Part shown: piece by piece, positions 24,594 through 38,210 of the stretch
Position numbering within the stretch: the stretch's first letter is position 1
How the letters are laid out: each line of letters starts with the position of its first letter
The notes under the pieces: model-generated
What the model was told of the DNA's origin: nothing
Databases searched by the model: none
The model's input: only the letters and a program-made list of their open reading frames with translations
Position numbers and translations under genes: made by a program
Assembly: GCA_013239625.1 (NCBI GenBank)
Contig: MU054323.1
Coordinates: forward strand, 11,741,815 to 11,805,814
Reading direction: 5' to 3'
From: Lama guanicoe
Lineage: Eukaryota
Length of the DNA stretch: 64,000 nt

Positions 24594-26399
24594 AGCCAAG
24601 GACATTAACAGACAAAGGCAACATTAGGAGCTGAACTACCTGCCCAGACTGGCCAGACTTTTCTGTCGCTTCGGTTATGGTCTTTAGTTGGTGCTGCTTT
24701 CAGTCTGTGTTCCGCTTAGGCTATGGTGCGGTGGGGAGATCAATACCATCTGGCCATATTTAGAAATCTGAACAAGAGATAAAGGTAGCAAAAGAAGGAA
24801 CCAACATCTGTGCTCACAGCTCCTCTGTGCAGGGCTCAGACACACTTATCACCACACGTAGTTACCAAGAGGCACGAGCTACAAGGAACAGAGACCTGCA
24901 TGCAGTATCTTAGAGGGTTGAGCTGGGTATCCCCCTTACAAAGCTTCATAAGAGAAATTTATGTTCAAATCAAGTAATAGAAAAATCTTTGCTTCTCTTG
25001 AGAAACAGATTGTTTCTCCCTTTCTGATAATAGGGTTATGAAATCCCATCTCCCTTTTCACTTTGACAACCAGAAAGCACAGAGTCCAATGTGAAGCTTA
25101 ACTATAGCAATTATAGTTACTGGGACTCTGGGTTCTTTCCCAGGTCCACATTTTTTATTTCTATTTCTACACTGTCACAAATTTATAACATGTGTACTGA
25201 GCATAAATCACTTTATTGAGAGGTATGACAGGTAAATCACTCTGATATTAACTTTTTTTCTGGCAATACTGAAATAGGCTACAAGGACAAGAGGCATCTC
25301 TCCCCTCCTATCTGGAGGAAGTTTTAAGAGTATCCCCTGAAGCTGAGATGGGGCCTGGTTTCTGGAGCCACCTTGAGTGCTGGAGGCTAGGGGTCTTCTA
25401 CTTACAGTGCAGGGGGCTGTGGGAGGGTCTCAGAAAGGACTGGATGCTTCCGGCCTGGGCCCTCAAACTCCCTTAATCCAAAAGCAGAAGAGCCACCCGC
25501 CTGCAGATCACATGAACTAGGATGTGACCAGTATGGCCCCAAACCAAAGGGTCCTTCCTCAGCAACTCAGGACGAGCGAGACCCCTAAAGCTTCTGTACA
25601 AACTTCAGGGAGCGGCTGGGCGCGAGGGACTCTCAAAAGACAGATTGAATTTCCTGCCAGTTCAGCAGGTGGAAGCTTGGCACAGATTAAATTTGATTTA
25701 GAGAAATAAAGAAATGTGACATTTCTTGTACTCGACTGTTGTGGCCTGAAATTCATACCCGCCATGTGGGATATAAATAAATGAAGGAAGGAATAAACAA
25801 ACCAGAGGCCAGAGTGCCTGGGATGAATTCCCAATTTGCTGTGCTTCTGCCACTAGGGTCGGACAACCTTGAAACACAAGGGCTATTGGAGAACTCAGCT
25901 CCTCGCACAAGAAACACCTTCTGTGGGGACTGTATGGCAAGGATGGAGGTGAAAAAAAAAAAAAAGACAGCTCCAGACTTCCCACAACTTACAATTTAAT
26001 GTATGCAGCACATGTCAACAATAAAACATTAATAAGACGAAGGACAGCCAGACAGGACAGCACATTTTTATTAAGTTCTTGCTTCACATAAGACATGAAA
26101 GAGAAAGGTGAGGATGAAGATGGCCATGCAGGAAGCATGCAGTTCTGGTGAGGAAGATATGAAAGGGAGAATAAGGACCAGAAGGATGCGTGCAATCAAA
26201 ATAGCTTGCATACAGTTCTACGGAGGGAGCGCTCAGGGCTGTCTGAAGAACAGACAGCTTCCAATAGGAAGGGGTGCTTGGGAGGTCTTTGAAAATGGAG
26301 AGGATTTGAGCAAAATAAGGTGGCCCGAGGGGCACTGCCGGCCTGGGCTGATGAAGTTGGGCCCACACCTGCTCACGCTCAGGGCCGCAGGCAAGCAGT

Positions 26400-26950
26400 A
26401 AATGTCTCACCCCGTACACCCCTCCTGGTGCACGAAGATGAATGCAGAAGAGGAGCCGGGAAGGCCAGAAAGGTGCATGCAGACTGATACAGACAGGGTT
26501 TCAGACACGACGCTCAGGTGTTTAGTTGGACGCTCCAGGCAAGGTGATGGGGGAGATTACAGATGTCTGAGCAGAGAAGAGTCGTGATGAGAATGATGCT
26601 TTTGGCAGTTTGGGGGCATAGCTGAATGAGGAATGAGGCATCAGAGGACAGGATAGAGTAGTTACAGGGAGAAGAGTTAGAAGTCCATTACAATGTCCTG
26701 GGCACCTGAACTATGACAGAGGCAGAGGGTCAGGGAGAGAACACGGGAGATGCGAGGGAATTCACAGGTGTGAAAGGAGGAGCTGCGGAGAGAGGGACCA
26801 AGAGGAGGAGGAGGATAGACATCAAGAGATAACTCTGAGGTTTCAGGCCTGGGTGAAAAGAGGGTCTAGGAGGAAAATGATGAGCTCAGGTGAGAACACA
26901 CTGAGCCTGGGGTCCCAGTGGCCCCCCAGTGAGATGCTTAGCAGGTACCT
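26400..26950 (-). mobile_element. L2 LINE fragment (degraded)
   Basis: Purine-rich antisense L2 stretches such as ATAACTCTGAGGTTTCAGGCCTGGGTGA and ATGATGAGCTCAGGTGAGAACACACTGAG. Confidence 0.6.
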
Positions 26951-27464
26951 CATGTATAGAGACGGGTTATGTAAGTGCACACTCAGTTTTATACATTTGT
27001 AACCTGATCTTTCCAAACGGATAAATTAGTGGAGATCCACAGTCATCTAACAAAAGAATTCTTCACCTTACAAAAGCATTAATAATAGGGTACTTTAAAT
27101 AGTTCACTCCCCTGGCAAATATAAAATAGGCTTCAATATTTTTTAAAGGATGACTTAACACCTCTCTTTTCAAAAGCTCATCTACTGTGTTAAGTAAAGC
27201 ATATCTATGTATGAATACGGAAGGAACTGGGAGACTTCAGCCAGGTAAAATTAATCAAGGTAGATGGCATGAAGGAGGTGGTGAATCTCAAAGGGAATAA
27301 TCAAAGGGTAGCACTAGAATTGGTGAAGAAAAAGGAGTGTTCCAAACAGAAGTGGGAACTGTTGTCTCACTGGGATGGGTGGCTTTCCATATCCCCCTAC
27401 TTCTCTTTCATCTCAGGGATGAACCAGTGGGGCAAGCTGGGAGATGGGGAATCCAGCTTCACAC

Positions 27465-28362
27465 ACCGCCTTTCCATCTCTGTGGATGGCAATTCCATAC
27501 ATCCATTTGCTGAGGTGAAAACCTTGGGCTATCTTTCACTCTCTTCCTCTTTCTTGTACCCTGTAGCTAGTCCATCAGGAACTCTTCTTGGCTCGCCCAT
27601 TGAAACGTATCCAGCACCTGCCTCCTCTCCCACCTCTACTGCTGCTACCACCTTGATCCAAGTCCCCTTCATCTTGGGTCTGGATGATTTCAACAGCCTC
27701 CCACTAGATCTCCTTGCTTGTACCCTTGCTCTCCTAATGTCTGTTTTCAAAACAACAACTGGTTCTTTTTCAAAACAAGTCAAATCATGTCATTCCTTTC
27801 CTCAAAACCCTCTAATGGCTCTCCATTTCATTCCGAATCCAAGCCAAAATTCTGTGTAGGGCTTGCAAGGCCCTACCTGCCATGGCTCTGGTGCCTGCCT
27901 CAGCTCATCCCCAACTTCTTCCCCTCCTCTCACCCCTGCCTGCTCCACTCTGCCGGTCCCTGGCTTCAGACACTCCAAGCAAAGTTAACCTTGGAGCCTT
28001 GGCTTGAGTGCTTCTGTCAGCCAGAAACACGCTTCCCCAGGCATACACAAGACGAAATCCTATCCCTCCTTCAAGTCTTTGCTCAAACCTCGCTTTCTCA
28101 CTCACATCCCATGAAATGCTGCAACCTACTGCCAGCGCCTGCTCAATATTTCCAATCTCCCCACTCTCCTGTTTCCTTTTTACATAGCACTGATTTCCTT
28201 CTGATGTACGATATACTTTCCTTATTAATTATGCTGATTATTCATTGGCTGTCTTCCCCTACTAAAACAAAAGCTCCATTAGCATTCTTTATCTGCTTTG
28301 TTTTGTACCTAGCCCACTGTAGCTGTTCAACAAACAACCTAAGCATGAGTCAATGAATGAAT
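27465..28362 (+). mobile_element. L2 LINE 3' region
   Basis: CCATCTCTGTGGATGGCAATTCCAT...TCTGGATGATTTCAACAGCCTCC...AAATCATGTCATTCCTTTCCTCAAAACCCTCTAATGGCT; tail ATGAATGAAT. Confidence 0.85.
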
Positions 28363-28589
28363 ATGTGAAGAAGAAAAATGCTGTAGATAAACAAGAGGGG
28401 AAAAAACCACAACTTGAGAACTCCAGCCAAAAACGCTGCACTTGGAGACAGAAAGCAAAAGATCCAGTCCCTGTAGGGGACACAATCTGGTGCTGGGGCT
28501 CTGGACAAGGTATTAAAACTCTCTGGGATCCTCCACTCCACCAGGAAGGGATGGACCAGGTGATTCTTTTTTTCTTTTCCTAGTGTTTT

Positions 28590-28800
28590 TCCAAAATTAA
28601 TTTATTCAACAAACATATATTGAGGGCTTACTACATGCTAGTCTTTATGTATGTAAAAACTAATAAGACACCACACCGCACCGCACCGATTCCTCCCCAC
28701 AGTGCAGAGAAATCAACATGTAAACCAAGAATTATAGTACATTACGACGTCAGACGTCTATACAAGGTGCCATGATCACAGACACAACAGTGTTCAGTAA
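28590..28800 (-). mobile_element. L2 3' end fragment
   Basis: TTTATTCAACAAACATATATTGAGGGCTTACTACATGCTAG. Confidence 0.7.
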
Positions 28801-30246
28801 TAAGTCAGGCAAGGGTAAAAGATGACAGGGGAAAGAGCGGGCCAGGCTACAGGGTGCCTCCCTGCATCTCAGAAAGCAGTACCAGGAAGACTCACCCTCT
28901 GGGAATGCCGTCAAGGTTTCCTGACTTCATGTACTGTACTCTATAACAGCACAGCAAAGGACTAACAACGTATTACAAGACCCTTTAATCATTCAAAGAT
29001 CAATTTTTTTCATATAATTGTTTCCCCATGTTCCCCTTAGTAAGCCTTTGAAAGCCACACATCATTGTAAAAAGAAAGCCTTTTGTCCTGACACATCAGA
29101 GTTCCCAGAAATATCTGGAAGGACTCAGCAAGAAAATACTGCCCTGATCACTTCACCTAGCAATGGCTTGCAAAGTGAACACACTGCCCTTTTAAAATAC
29201 AGACACTGCATTGCTTTCCTCCCCAGAATCCAGGTTCACATTCAAATCGTCCTGTTTTCCTCTTTGGCATTCCCAATTATTAACATTACTGACACTACCA
29301 CCATCTCCATCAGGACGTGGATTTAACTATTCTGTGTGTAGGAGGTAAATCAGAGCAAGACAAACAGATGTGTGATCTATGCACTCTAGAAATGTGTACT
29401 TCAATGCTTCATATTAACAGTGCACAAACCAGAAAGGATTCTTCTAGAAATTACACACTGGCTACACTCTATCCCAGCAGCATCTGGGTAGTCAGAAGTA
29501 TGGGGTGCCAGATCCACCAAAGGCATTGGAAATTCAAGCCAATATGCTCACAGGAAATCATCACCCAGAAAACCTTAAACCTTTCAGGATAGGAGGTGGG
29601 AAGGCAGATGTCAGAGCCATTTGAACGTTGGCAAGAAAAGACCAGTTTGCTGAAGAAGAGGGTTAGGTGCAAAGGGGCAGGAAGGATGGATCTACTGAAA
29701 TATCTGAGCCACACCCACAATCTGGCACATTTGGGAAGAGAAGATGAGAAAACTGGTCCAAATCTTGAGCTTTGAAGCCCTAGTCGTTGGGGAGCCATTT
29801 CTACATCCCAGCATCCGGGGACCAGCTGAGGCTTAATAACAAGCAAGGTGCCACGCTGGGCTCAGACGTGCCAGTGAGAAAACGCTAGTCTCCAAAATCC
29901 ACACACCACGTAGCCCTGCCTCCCCCGCTGCTGGCAAGAGACCCTTATCCTGCTTACTATGCTGCTCCTTACCCAGCCCTCTTCTAGAAGACAGGGGGTC
30001 CCAGGGGCCCCGGTTCCTGTTTGTAGCCACTCACTGGGCTCTGAATAGCTTCAGAATTAGGTCTCCCCAAGGACTCTGTACTCTGAGGTCTGATGGCACT
30101 ACAGGTAACACTTCTTCCCTTTGTAGAGCCAAAATCAAGGGGAGGGAGGCCCCAGGGTGTGTCCCCAGTATCCCTTCCACAACCAAATCCAGGAGAGCCT
30201 GGGCTAGGACCTGGAAGGGATCGTTTCTAGAAGTGGGTGGACTGGA

Positions 30247-30365
30247 GCAAGGATTCTCAAATCCAGCTGTACGTCAGGACTCCCCAGAAGATCTCAGGGC
30301 CATACCCCAGACATACTGAATCATAAACTAGGCAAGAAGGCCCTGGAATCTGCATATCAACTATC
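30247..30365. mobile_element. MER5-type hAT-Charlie MITE fragment
   Basis: GGATTCTCAAA...CAGGGCCATACCCCAGACATACTGAATCATAAACT...CCCTGGAATCTGCAT. Confidence 0.65.
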
Positions 30366-33300
30366 TGTGCAGATGAGACTTGTGCCCTCAGGGGACAAAG
30401 CAGTGATGAAGTCTCAGCAGCCTCGACCAGAAAGAGGACCACACAGCCGGAGTCATGCTGCAGGAGCCGAGGCCCCCCAGCTGCCAAGGACCCACCGCCC
30501 TTGTCTCCAGGCTCGTTTTCAGTGCAGTGTCCAGCCCACACCAGGGAGTGCTGGCTCTCAGCCAAGTGCTGGCTCACCAGCCCCTTGGGGCTGCAGCTTA
30601 TGGTCCATAATAGGTGGATTTAGAACATTTTAATCCAAAGCTGCTGAGCACGTGGGATGCCTCCAAATGCCAGAGAGCCAGCTCCTAGCTCTCTGGGAGA
30701 AATGGCCCAGACGCAAGGGCCAAGAAGACACCTGCCCAGGGCCCAGAGGGACATGTTCAGAGTCAGGGATAACTGTCACCATGAAAGAGGACTCCTAGCT
30801 GTACGTGCTGCCCAGCCAGGCAAGAGGGTAGGGAACCTGAACTGGTCTTTTTTTCCTGCTTTCTATTAGAACCATAGGCTTGGGGCCCTGCTGGCTCTAT
30901 GGCTTTTGGCAAGGGACATAGGAATGCCCAAATGTGCTTTCAACCAGCCACTTCTTCCCCGCGAGGACCCTGATAAGGGAGAATGGCAGAAGGAAGAGCA
31001 GGTTCTGCTTCTCTTCTGGCTGAGACCCCTCATGGTAGCCAGACTGTAGGGCTGGGCCTGGAAGCCCCAGGTTAGGTGAGGACCTCACCTGCCCTCATCC
31101 ACTTCCAAAACTCACCGCCCACCGGCCTCTGGAAGCTAAAGCACTAAGTGGGCAGTTTCTTAGGAACAAAAATGAAAGAGAGGGAGAATGGTAGAGATGA
31201 CCAGGCCATGGGACAGCCTCCCACCCCAAACCCTGCCTCGTCTGCCCTCCCACACCAAGAGCTGCATCCTTCGATGGAGTTCTGCCATGGCTCTACCACT
31301 GAGCTGCCCACCATGAGCCAAGGTCTCATCCTCTCTCCCTCAATATACCGAGAGCTCTGTGCTGACCCCTTCACTCAATGTCACTGATATCATTCTCTTG
31401 ACCTTGGACCAGGTCAGGTCTCTCCCCTAGACCCCAAAGACACCCCTCTGTCCTTGTGAAGAGGACTGAATTCACACCCCACCCACTCCCCTACCCACTT
31501 GCTAGGATTCAGAGCCCTTCCCCTGACCCGCTCATTCCCACCCAGACCCCTTCACTGGACAAAGGCCCCCTCCAGCCCACAGGCCCCTCTTCCATCCTCT
31601 CCTTTCCCTCCTGTCACCCTGCCTGGCCAGCCTTCCCTCATGATGAGGACGGAGGACCCCAGGCCATGGCAAATTTCCCCAGTCATCCTTGCAGATCCCG
31701 CACGTTCCCCTGGTATGTATCTTATGTGTTGGTTCTCTGCAGTGTAACATGGTCCTCCACTGGCTCACTTCCAAACAGATCCTGTTGGCTGTTCTCCAGG
31801 TGTAGTTGTTCATCTGTCCACTTCAGTAACCTCTGTCTTGGATCCCCCCTCTCAGGGTTAGGGTCTGTGTCTTCAGCTTGTTCTCAGGTATCACATGCCA
31901 ATTTGTACTTGTTAAATGCTCAAAACGGGAACGATGATCACTGAAGACAACAGAGAAAGATGACCCAATGCTCCTTGTAAATCTCTAAAATCCAATCAGA
32001 GGCTTCTGAGGGCTCCGAGCTGGCTCCCTGCATGGCTTCCAGATCACCTAGGGAAGCACCAAGGAACCACACCAGCGGCCCATTCCCTTGGGTCATGGAG
32101 AACATGGAAAAGAGTGTGCATCTGAAGGGGGTCAGGGGGACCAACAAGGGGGTGAGGGGGTGAGGGGTGAGGTCGGGGTGCAGGCTAAGAAGAGGGAAAG
32201 GAGTTCACAGGGCAAAACACGGAGGACCAGGAGGACAGTGCTTATCTTAGAGTGACAAGCAAAGAGGGGACGAAACTGCAAACTTGTGGGTCTGTGAGAC
32301 CCATTTCCCCACACTCAAGATGCCGCTCAGACCTCCTTCACTGATTCCCTTGTGACTTCACATTAAACTTTACTATGAGGCACAGCTTGTAAATGGCATC
32401 AAAACAATTTACTACAGCCTTTATACGCCTTGGCTTAAATAATAAACATTTTTATTTCACTCTTCTGTGAAAGGAAACTCTTGCGGTGGTGGGTGGGGAG
32501 TATGGGAAAGCAGGGGCGGGAAGAAGAGGTGGGGAAAGTTGGGCAGGACCAGGAAATGACACAGCATCCTCCGGCCACATGGGAGTTCCCAGACCCACCT
32601 GGGAAGAACAGTCCCCTTCCCTCGATCTCTGGGCTGAGTTGAGCACCATCCTTCTCATTCTAGACCAGAAAGCCAGGTCCCACGGGCAAGAGGCACTGTG
32701 GATGGGCAGAGCTCATTGGGGTTCTGGTAAGTCACCAACATGACAGGTTCAAGACGTGGCCCACAGCCTCGCAAGGCACCCCCAAAGGGTATGGGCTGGG
32801 AGAGCCAAGCTAAGGAAGAAGAGGCCAAGGGGAGAACTTTTGGAGAATGAGGTCTGGGGGCAGGAAGACATTTAGGGGACAGAGTTGAGCAGGAGCCCAG
32901 CAAAGTCCCTAGTGAGTCTGAGGCTGCAGGGATCCTGGCTCCCACATCCTGTTGCCTCCTGTGGTTTTGAGCCTCAAGAAACTGCCAAAGCTGATCACTT
33001 CTGGGATGTTCCAGTTGCAGCCCCAGCACTAAAGCTTCTTAAACAGAAATCATTCAAGCTCCCAGGTCTCTCGCTAAACCTGAAGCATCAGCAACCAGCC
33101 AGCTTGTTACTTACTTTAACAAATGCCTTTCTATTTCCTGCAGAGTAAACAACTTGATTCCATTAGACGCTGTAAAATATTTACCAAGTGGCCAGGGTGG
33201 CTTCCTTCCTCTCAGCATGAAAGAAGGAAAAAAGCTCCAGGTGAGGTCTCTGGACAAAGATCCATAGACATGGCCATGAGCTTCAGCAGTGACTGGTCAA

Positions 33301-33509
33301 GCCCGAGACTTGGAGACTGGGGAAGACAGGACGAGAGAGCTGGACAGGGGTGTGGTGAGAAGGAGCAAGTGGCCAAGGGACCCAGCCTGCCTGGAAAGTG
33401 GAGGAGCACTAACACAACGCGGCAGCCTAGACTGACTCCTGGAACAGGAAAACCAGTGAAACCCAAACCGATCCTGAGGTTCACAGTGGTGCAGCCCCGC
33501 TGGCTTCTT

Positions 33510-33640
33510 CACAGTGACAAATGTTGCATGTGGTGTAAAAGGATAACAGGGGAGAGCTAAGTGAGAAACTCTGTACTATCTCTGCAACTTTTCTATGAAC
33601 TGGAAGTTATTCTAAACCAAAAGTTGAATTTTTTTAAAAA
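33510..33640 (+). mobile_element. Old L1 (L1MC/ME) extreme 3' end
   Basis: GAAACTCTGTACTATCTCTGCAACTTTTCTATGAACTGGAAGTTATTCTAAA. Confidence 0.7.
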
Positions 33641-34420
33641 AGGGAATGTGCTGCCTTCTTGGAGGTGAGGGTTCTCCATCATGGGTGGTGGGGCTTGCGG
33701 GTAGCCCTCACCAATGGGGAACTTCCCTGTATGCGACCTCACCCCAGAGAGAGCCTGCAAGTCACAGGTAGGTTGTAACTAAAGAGGAGAAGGGCAGAGG
33801 GGGAGAGCAGAGAGGGAGAGCAGAGGGGGAAGTCTCCCCGCGGAGATGGAAGAAAAGGAATCAGGCAAGAAGATGCTTCTGAGAAACCACCTTCATTGCC
33901 AGAAAAGCCCACTTGACGGAGGCAGAAAAATGACGTGGGAAGACAGGCTCGTGCCACGCAGAACACTCTGGGCTTGCATCAGGCAGCCGTTGCTGGAATT
34001 CTGTTGAACCTGCCTCCAGTGGGCTGTGTGAGACCCTCTACCCAGCTGGGCATATTTGGAATTCTCCCTACTGGTCCACGAGGGAGTATAACATCCTTGA
34101 CCAGGGAGGGGACCCCTGTCAGTGATCTCCCACCTGCTGGAAGGGGCTTTGGGCTTTTCTGATCTATCCTGTCTCGTGCCAGTCTCTGCTGGCCTCTGCC
34201 TGGAGGCCCACCAAACCTCCTCCAGAACAGGGGCAGTGAAGCAGGTGGACGTTACCAGTGCAATGTGTACCCTCCCTCCTCCTGCTCTCTGGAGCTCCTG
34301 GCCCACTCTCACTGTGTCAAATTTCTACTCTACACACAGATGCCCATACCCTTCTTGGCTCTCTTCTCACCCAAGGCAAGGGCAGAGATTCCCAACTCTC
34401 AGGATACAGCAGAAGAGAAG

Positions 34421-34605
34421 TGTAATACTTAATTTTTTGTGTCAGCTGGGTTAGGCTATGGTGCCCAGTTAGTTGAATACCAGTATAGATGTTGTGAAGG
34501 CATTTTTTCAGATGTGATTAATATTTATAGTCAAGAGACTCTGAGACAAGCAGATGGCCCTGAATAAGTGGTGGGCCTCATCCAATCAGTTGAAGAGAAC
34601 AAAGT
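34421..34605 (+). mobile_element. MLT2 LTR 5' fragment
   Basis: TGTAATACTTAATTTTTTGTGTCAGCTGGGTTAGGCTATGGTGCCCAG...GGGCCTCATCCAATCAGTTGAAG. Confidence 0.8.
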
Positions 34606-34810
34606 GATCTCCCCAGGCATTAAAAGATCTGGTGTAGTGAGAAGAGGAGGAGGGAAATCAAGATGGACACTCTGACCTTTACGAACCTCCTGCAGAAAAT
34701 CCAGTGGCCCAGCCCCTTACTGGAGAGACATGGCCCCATGAAAGTGCCTGACACTCCTCCTGGGTGGCTAGCCAGTTCCACACACTTGGCAAATCCAAGG
34801 ACAAGCCCAT

Positions 34811-35343
34811 TGCAATGGTTAATGCCATGTGTCAGCCAGAGAGGCTATGGGGCCCAGCTGTGTGGTCAACACCACTGTAGATGCTGCTGTGAAGGTATTT
34901 TTTAGATATGATTTACATGTCAACCAGCAGACTCTGAGGGCAGATTACCATTTAACTCAATAGACTTGAAGTCAAGGAGATGACCATCTGTAACATGGGT
35001 GGGCCTCATCCAATCAGTTGAAGGCCTTAAGAGCAAAGTGTGGAGAAGGAATTCTCCTCATGAGTACAACAGAGAAACTCATGCAGTTTCCATCCTGCCT
35101 GGCCTGCCAATGGATTTCCAGCTCAAGACTGCCCTGAAAGCTCTGACCTGAATATCCAGACCTATAGAGTTTTGATTTGCCAGCCACACATCATGTAAGC
35201 CAATGCCTTGAAACAAACCTCCCTAGATATATAGATAAATGGATGGATGGAAGAATAGATGGAGATACAGAGAGAAACAGACATATGCAGAGACAGAGAC
35301 ACAGAGACTGGCTCTGCTTCCCCGGAGAACCCTCACTGACTCA
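34811..35343 (+). mobile_element. MLT2 (C/D-like) LTR, near complete
   Basis: TGCAATGGTTAAT...GGGCCTCATCCAATCAGTTGAAGGCCTTAAGAG...CTGGCTCTGCTTCCCCGGAGAACCCTCACTGACTCA. Confidence 0.8.
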
Positions 35344-36341
35344 AGGGGAGCAGAGGGTCCAGAAGACCTGGGCTGGGTCCAAAGCACCTGCTCCCATACC
35401 TGTCCTGTTGGCACCCTTGTGTGTTGAGAGATGGTGACATCCCATCACTGGCACTTTCACAGCTCCATCGTTCACTCACTGAGATAAAGAGCTCATATTG
35501 ATCGTTTTAAGAGGATGTCTTTCCCTGGGCTCAACAGTGACAGGAAGTAACAAACATTTCAGAAACAGCTTAGTGGACACTCCCTCCACTGCCTCTCACT
35601 TTCAACTCAGAAGTAACAGCACATCACTCGACTTCCCACTCCCCCAGTCACATGCGTCCCAGGCTGACAGAACTTCCTCAGTGAGGAGAACAAATGTGCC
35701 ACCTGCCAAGGAGACAGACTAACCAGGGTGCCGAGGTACCCACAGCACACGACAGAACCAGCCCACTGCAGCAGGCTGCTGGCCCTGCCACGCTGTCCTG
35801 CCTGTAGTTCTCTCAGCATCAAGGGAACCAGCAGCATCCCAGGGATGTGGGGAGTCTGCATGTTGGGGTGACGTCCTCATCACCCCTGCTGCATTGAGTC
35901 ACTCATCTCCCAGCCTCTTGAGAGCCTCGGGCCCCCACTCTGTGAAGCGGAGCAACTTCACCCCACAGAACCGTTGGGTAGACGACATCCCTGAGGTCAC
36001 GTCCTAGGTGTCAACAGAGGACACATTCAGTGTCAAACGGCAGAGTGAGAAGTTAGGCATTTTCACTTTGAAGATTTTCCAAGAAGGTGAAGCAAACAGC
36101 AGATGCCTGGGGACATCGGGACATCCTCCCCTACTTGGCGAGGAGACATGCCCCCGGCAACAGCCCCATCACCACACCAGCTCCTCCCCTCAGCCCAGCT
36201 GCTGACTCAGAGGGACACATGCTCAGGGAGGTGGAAGAGAAACACCATCTCCAGCAGCCTTGATTCCAGAGGACACGCCAGACAGCCCATGCGACAGAAA
36301 TCAGTGCTTTCTTTGGGAGCTTCCATCTTCTGCCTTCAAAT

Positions 36342-36518
36342 CAGGGTTGCCAGATTTAGCAAATAAAAATACGGGATGCCCAATTAAATCTAAATTTCAC
36401 ACCAACTATAGATACATCTCACATGATATTTGGGATAGACTTATAGTAAAAAAATTATTTGTTGTTTCTCTGAAATTCAAACATAGCTGGGTGTACTGCA
36501 TCTTATCTGGCATGCCTA
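36342..36518. mobile_element. MER53 palindromic hAT MITE
   Basis: Termini CAGGGTTGCCAGAT and ATCTGGCATGCCTA with internal symmetry; degenerate 8-bp TSD CTTCAAAT / CTTCCAGT. Confidence 0.85.
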
Positions 36519-37929
36519 CTTCCAGTGGAGGAGGGCAGGGCAGCTGCCGCTTCAGGCCCTGCTGGGCCCCGGCCTCCAGGCCTCCTATGCCATTTCTTCA
36601 CAGCTCAGCCCCTCACTCAGCCGGCGCCCAACCCTAAGCTGAGGCAGGAGGGATTTAAGCGGCTGCAGACACAGCAAAGCAGAGCTCCAGTGCCCCCAAC
36701 AGACCCTCACTCAGTCCCTGGCCCCAGTCTCCCATTTCACTTCTGGTGCCTGTGCTGAGGTTCTGTCTGTCACCTCTTTGAGGCTGGAGCATCTGCCTGT
36801 TAATAGGGGCCCTGTGCCAGACCTTGGGTCCAGTGCCTAAACCCCAGCGTAACAGGGGGAGGGCCCTGACTGCCGGGATGGTCGGCCACTTCCTCTTCGG
36901 TAGCCAGCCTCCGTGGTGGCTCTGAGACTGAAGACGACTAGGGACAACAGCACGGATGTAGGTGTGCACTCGCCCACCAGCACCGGCAGCGGTGTGAGCG
37001 CCCCACAGCGGGGACTGGGACTCTTCTCAGCCTGTTTCCCCCACCTGCCCTGTCGTACCTTCCCGTCCTGCCCGCCTCCAGCTCTGCTGGCCACGGATCA
37101 GGCCTTAACCAGGTACAGTACCTGGACAGGACCACCTCTGACAGGAAGACTTTGCCACCCAAGACATCCCATTGCTTCCCCTGAGGCCCAGGCCCGTCCC
37201 CCGCCGCTAACAGATAGTCTCCTGCTCCCATTTCCGGCTTTCCCGACAGACACTGCTGCTTCCAGACAGCTCCCAGTCCACAAACAATCATGCTCCTGAT
37301 GAGGCTGCTTTTCAGCTCTGCCGGCACCCACGCTCTCTTAATAAGAACATAGCAGGGCACTAAGGATTAAATCTTTTCTTCACATGCAGTTTCCAGAGCA
37401 CACTTTTCAAGGGGCCAGCGAATCAGATCAAGGCAGGGAAGACCCCCTCCTGTCTTCACTTACCAGCCAGCCCTTGGCCACCTTCATGCCTCTGCCACTG
37501 CTTGGCAAGAACCCCCCACAACACTGTGGTCCTGCAAAGCCCGAGGACAATGAAAATCAACACTGTGCCTGCCTGTCTCCCTCCCTCCCTGCTTCCTTCC
37601 TTCCTTCCTCCACCTGTAGAATTCCCTGCAGGCCTCCCCCCGAGCCAGGCGCTGCATCAGGCTCTGTGGATACAGGGACGAGCAAGTCAGGGCCCCTGCC
37701 TCCAAGGAGGTGGCACATTATTTAGGGAGGGAGAGAAGGAAACAGGAGGCCATTTCACAGAAGTGTGACAAATGCTTCGAGCCCCTGGAGTGAGCTGCCT
37801 ACTTCATGACATTTTTTTTTAATGGGGTTTTTTTGAAAAATGGTTGGCAATAAGACAGAAGTCACATTTACATATGTGTGGGCTTCCGCGGGCCATTCTG
37901 TCAATGGGACCAAAGACAACCTTGGCGTG

Positions 37930-38210
37930 CTGGCTCCTTATCCTCTCGGTCTCACCTTAGATGCCCGCTCCCCTGAGACCTCTCCCAACAGCCTGACTAA
38001 AGCAGCCCCCACCCTGGCACTCTCCCACCCACCCTCCTGTCTCGTTATTATTCTGGCATTTCTCACAGTCTGACCTCCCCTTCCTTGTTCACCTGTTCCC
38101 ACCTTGAGCAGACTCTTGCCTGTGTCGGTGGGTGCTACACCCCCAGCACCCAGCACAGTGCTCCCTCCCCCAGAGTTCACTGCACAAATGAAGGAACAAA
38201 TGAAGGAACA
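37930..38210 (+). mobile_element. L2 3' end
   Basis: CCCAGCACCCAGCACAGTG...tail AATGAAGGAACAAATGAAGGAA. Confidence 0.6.

Noticed and set aside
27269..28356. Long ORFs of 196 and 212 aa
   Set aside because: They lie largely within the degraded L2 3' region and show no recognisable host protein domain or exon structure.
32441..32456. Opposed poly(A) signals AATAAA-CATT-TTTATT
   Set aside because: No upstream exon or transcript evidence; expected by chance in an AT-rich patch.
34421..35343. Two MLT2 LTRs as the ends of one provirus
   Set aside because: They are clearly diverged from each other, the first is truncated, and the roughly 200 bp between them shows no recognisable ERVL coding sequence.
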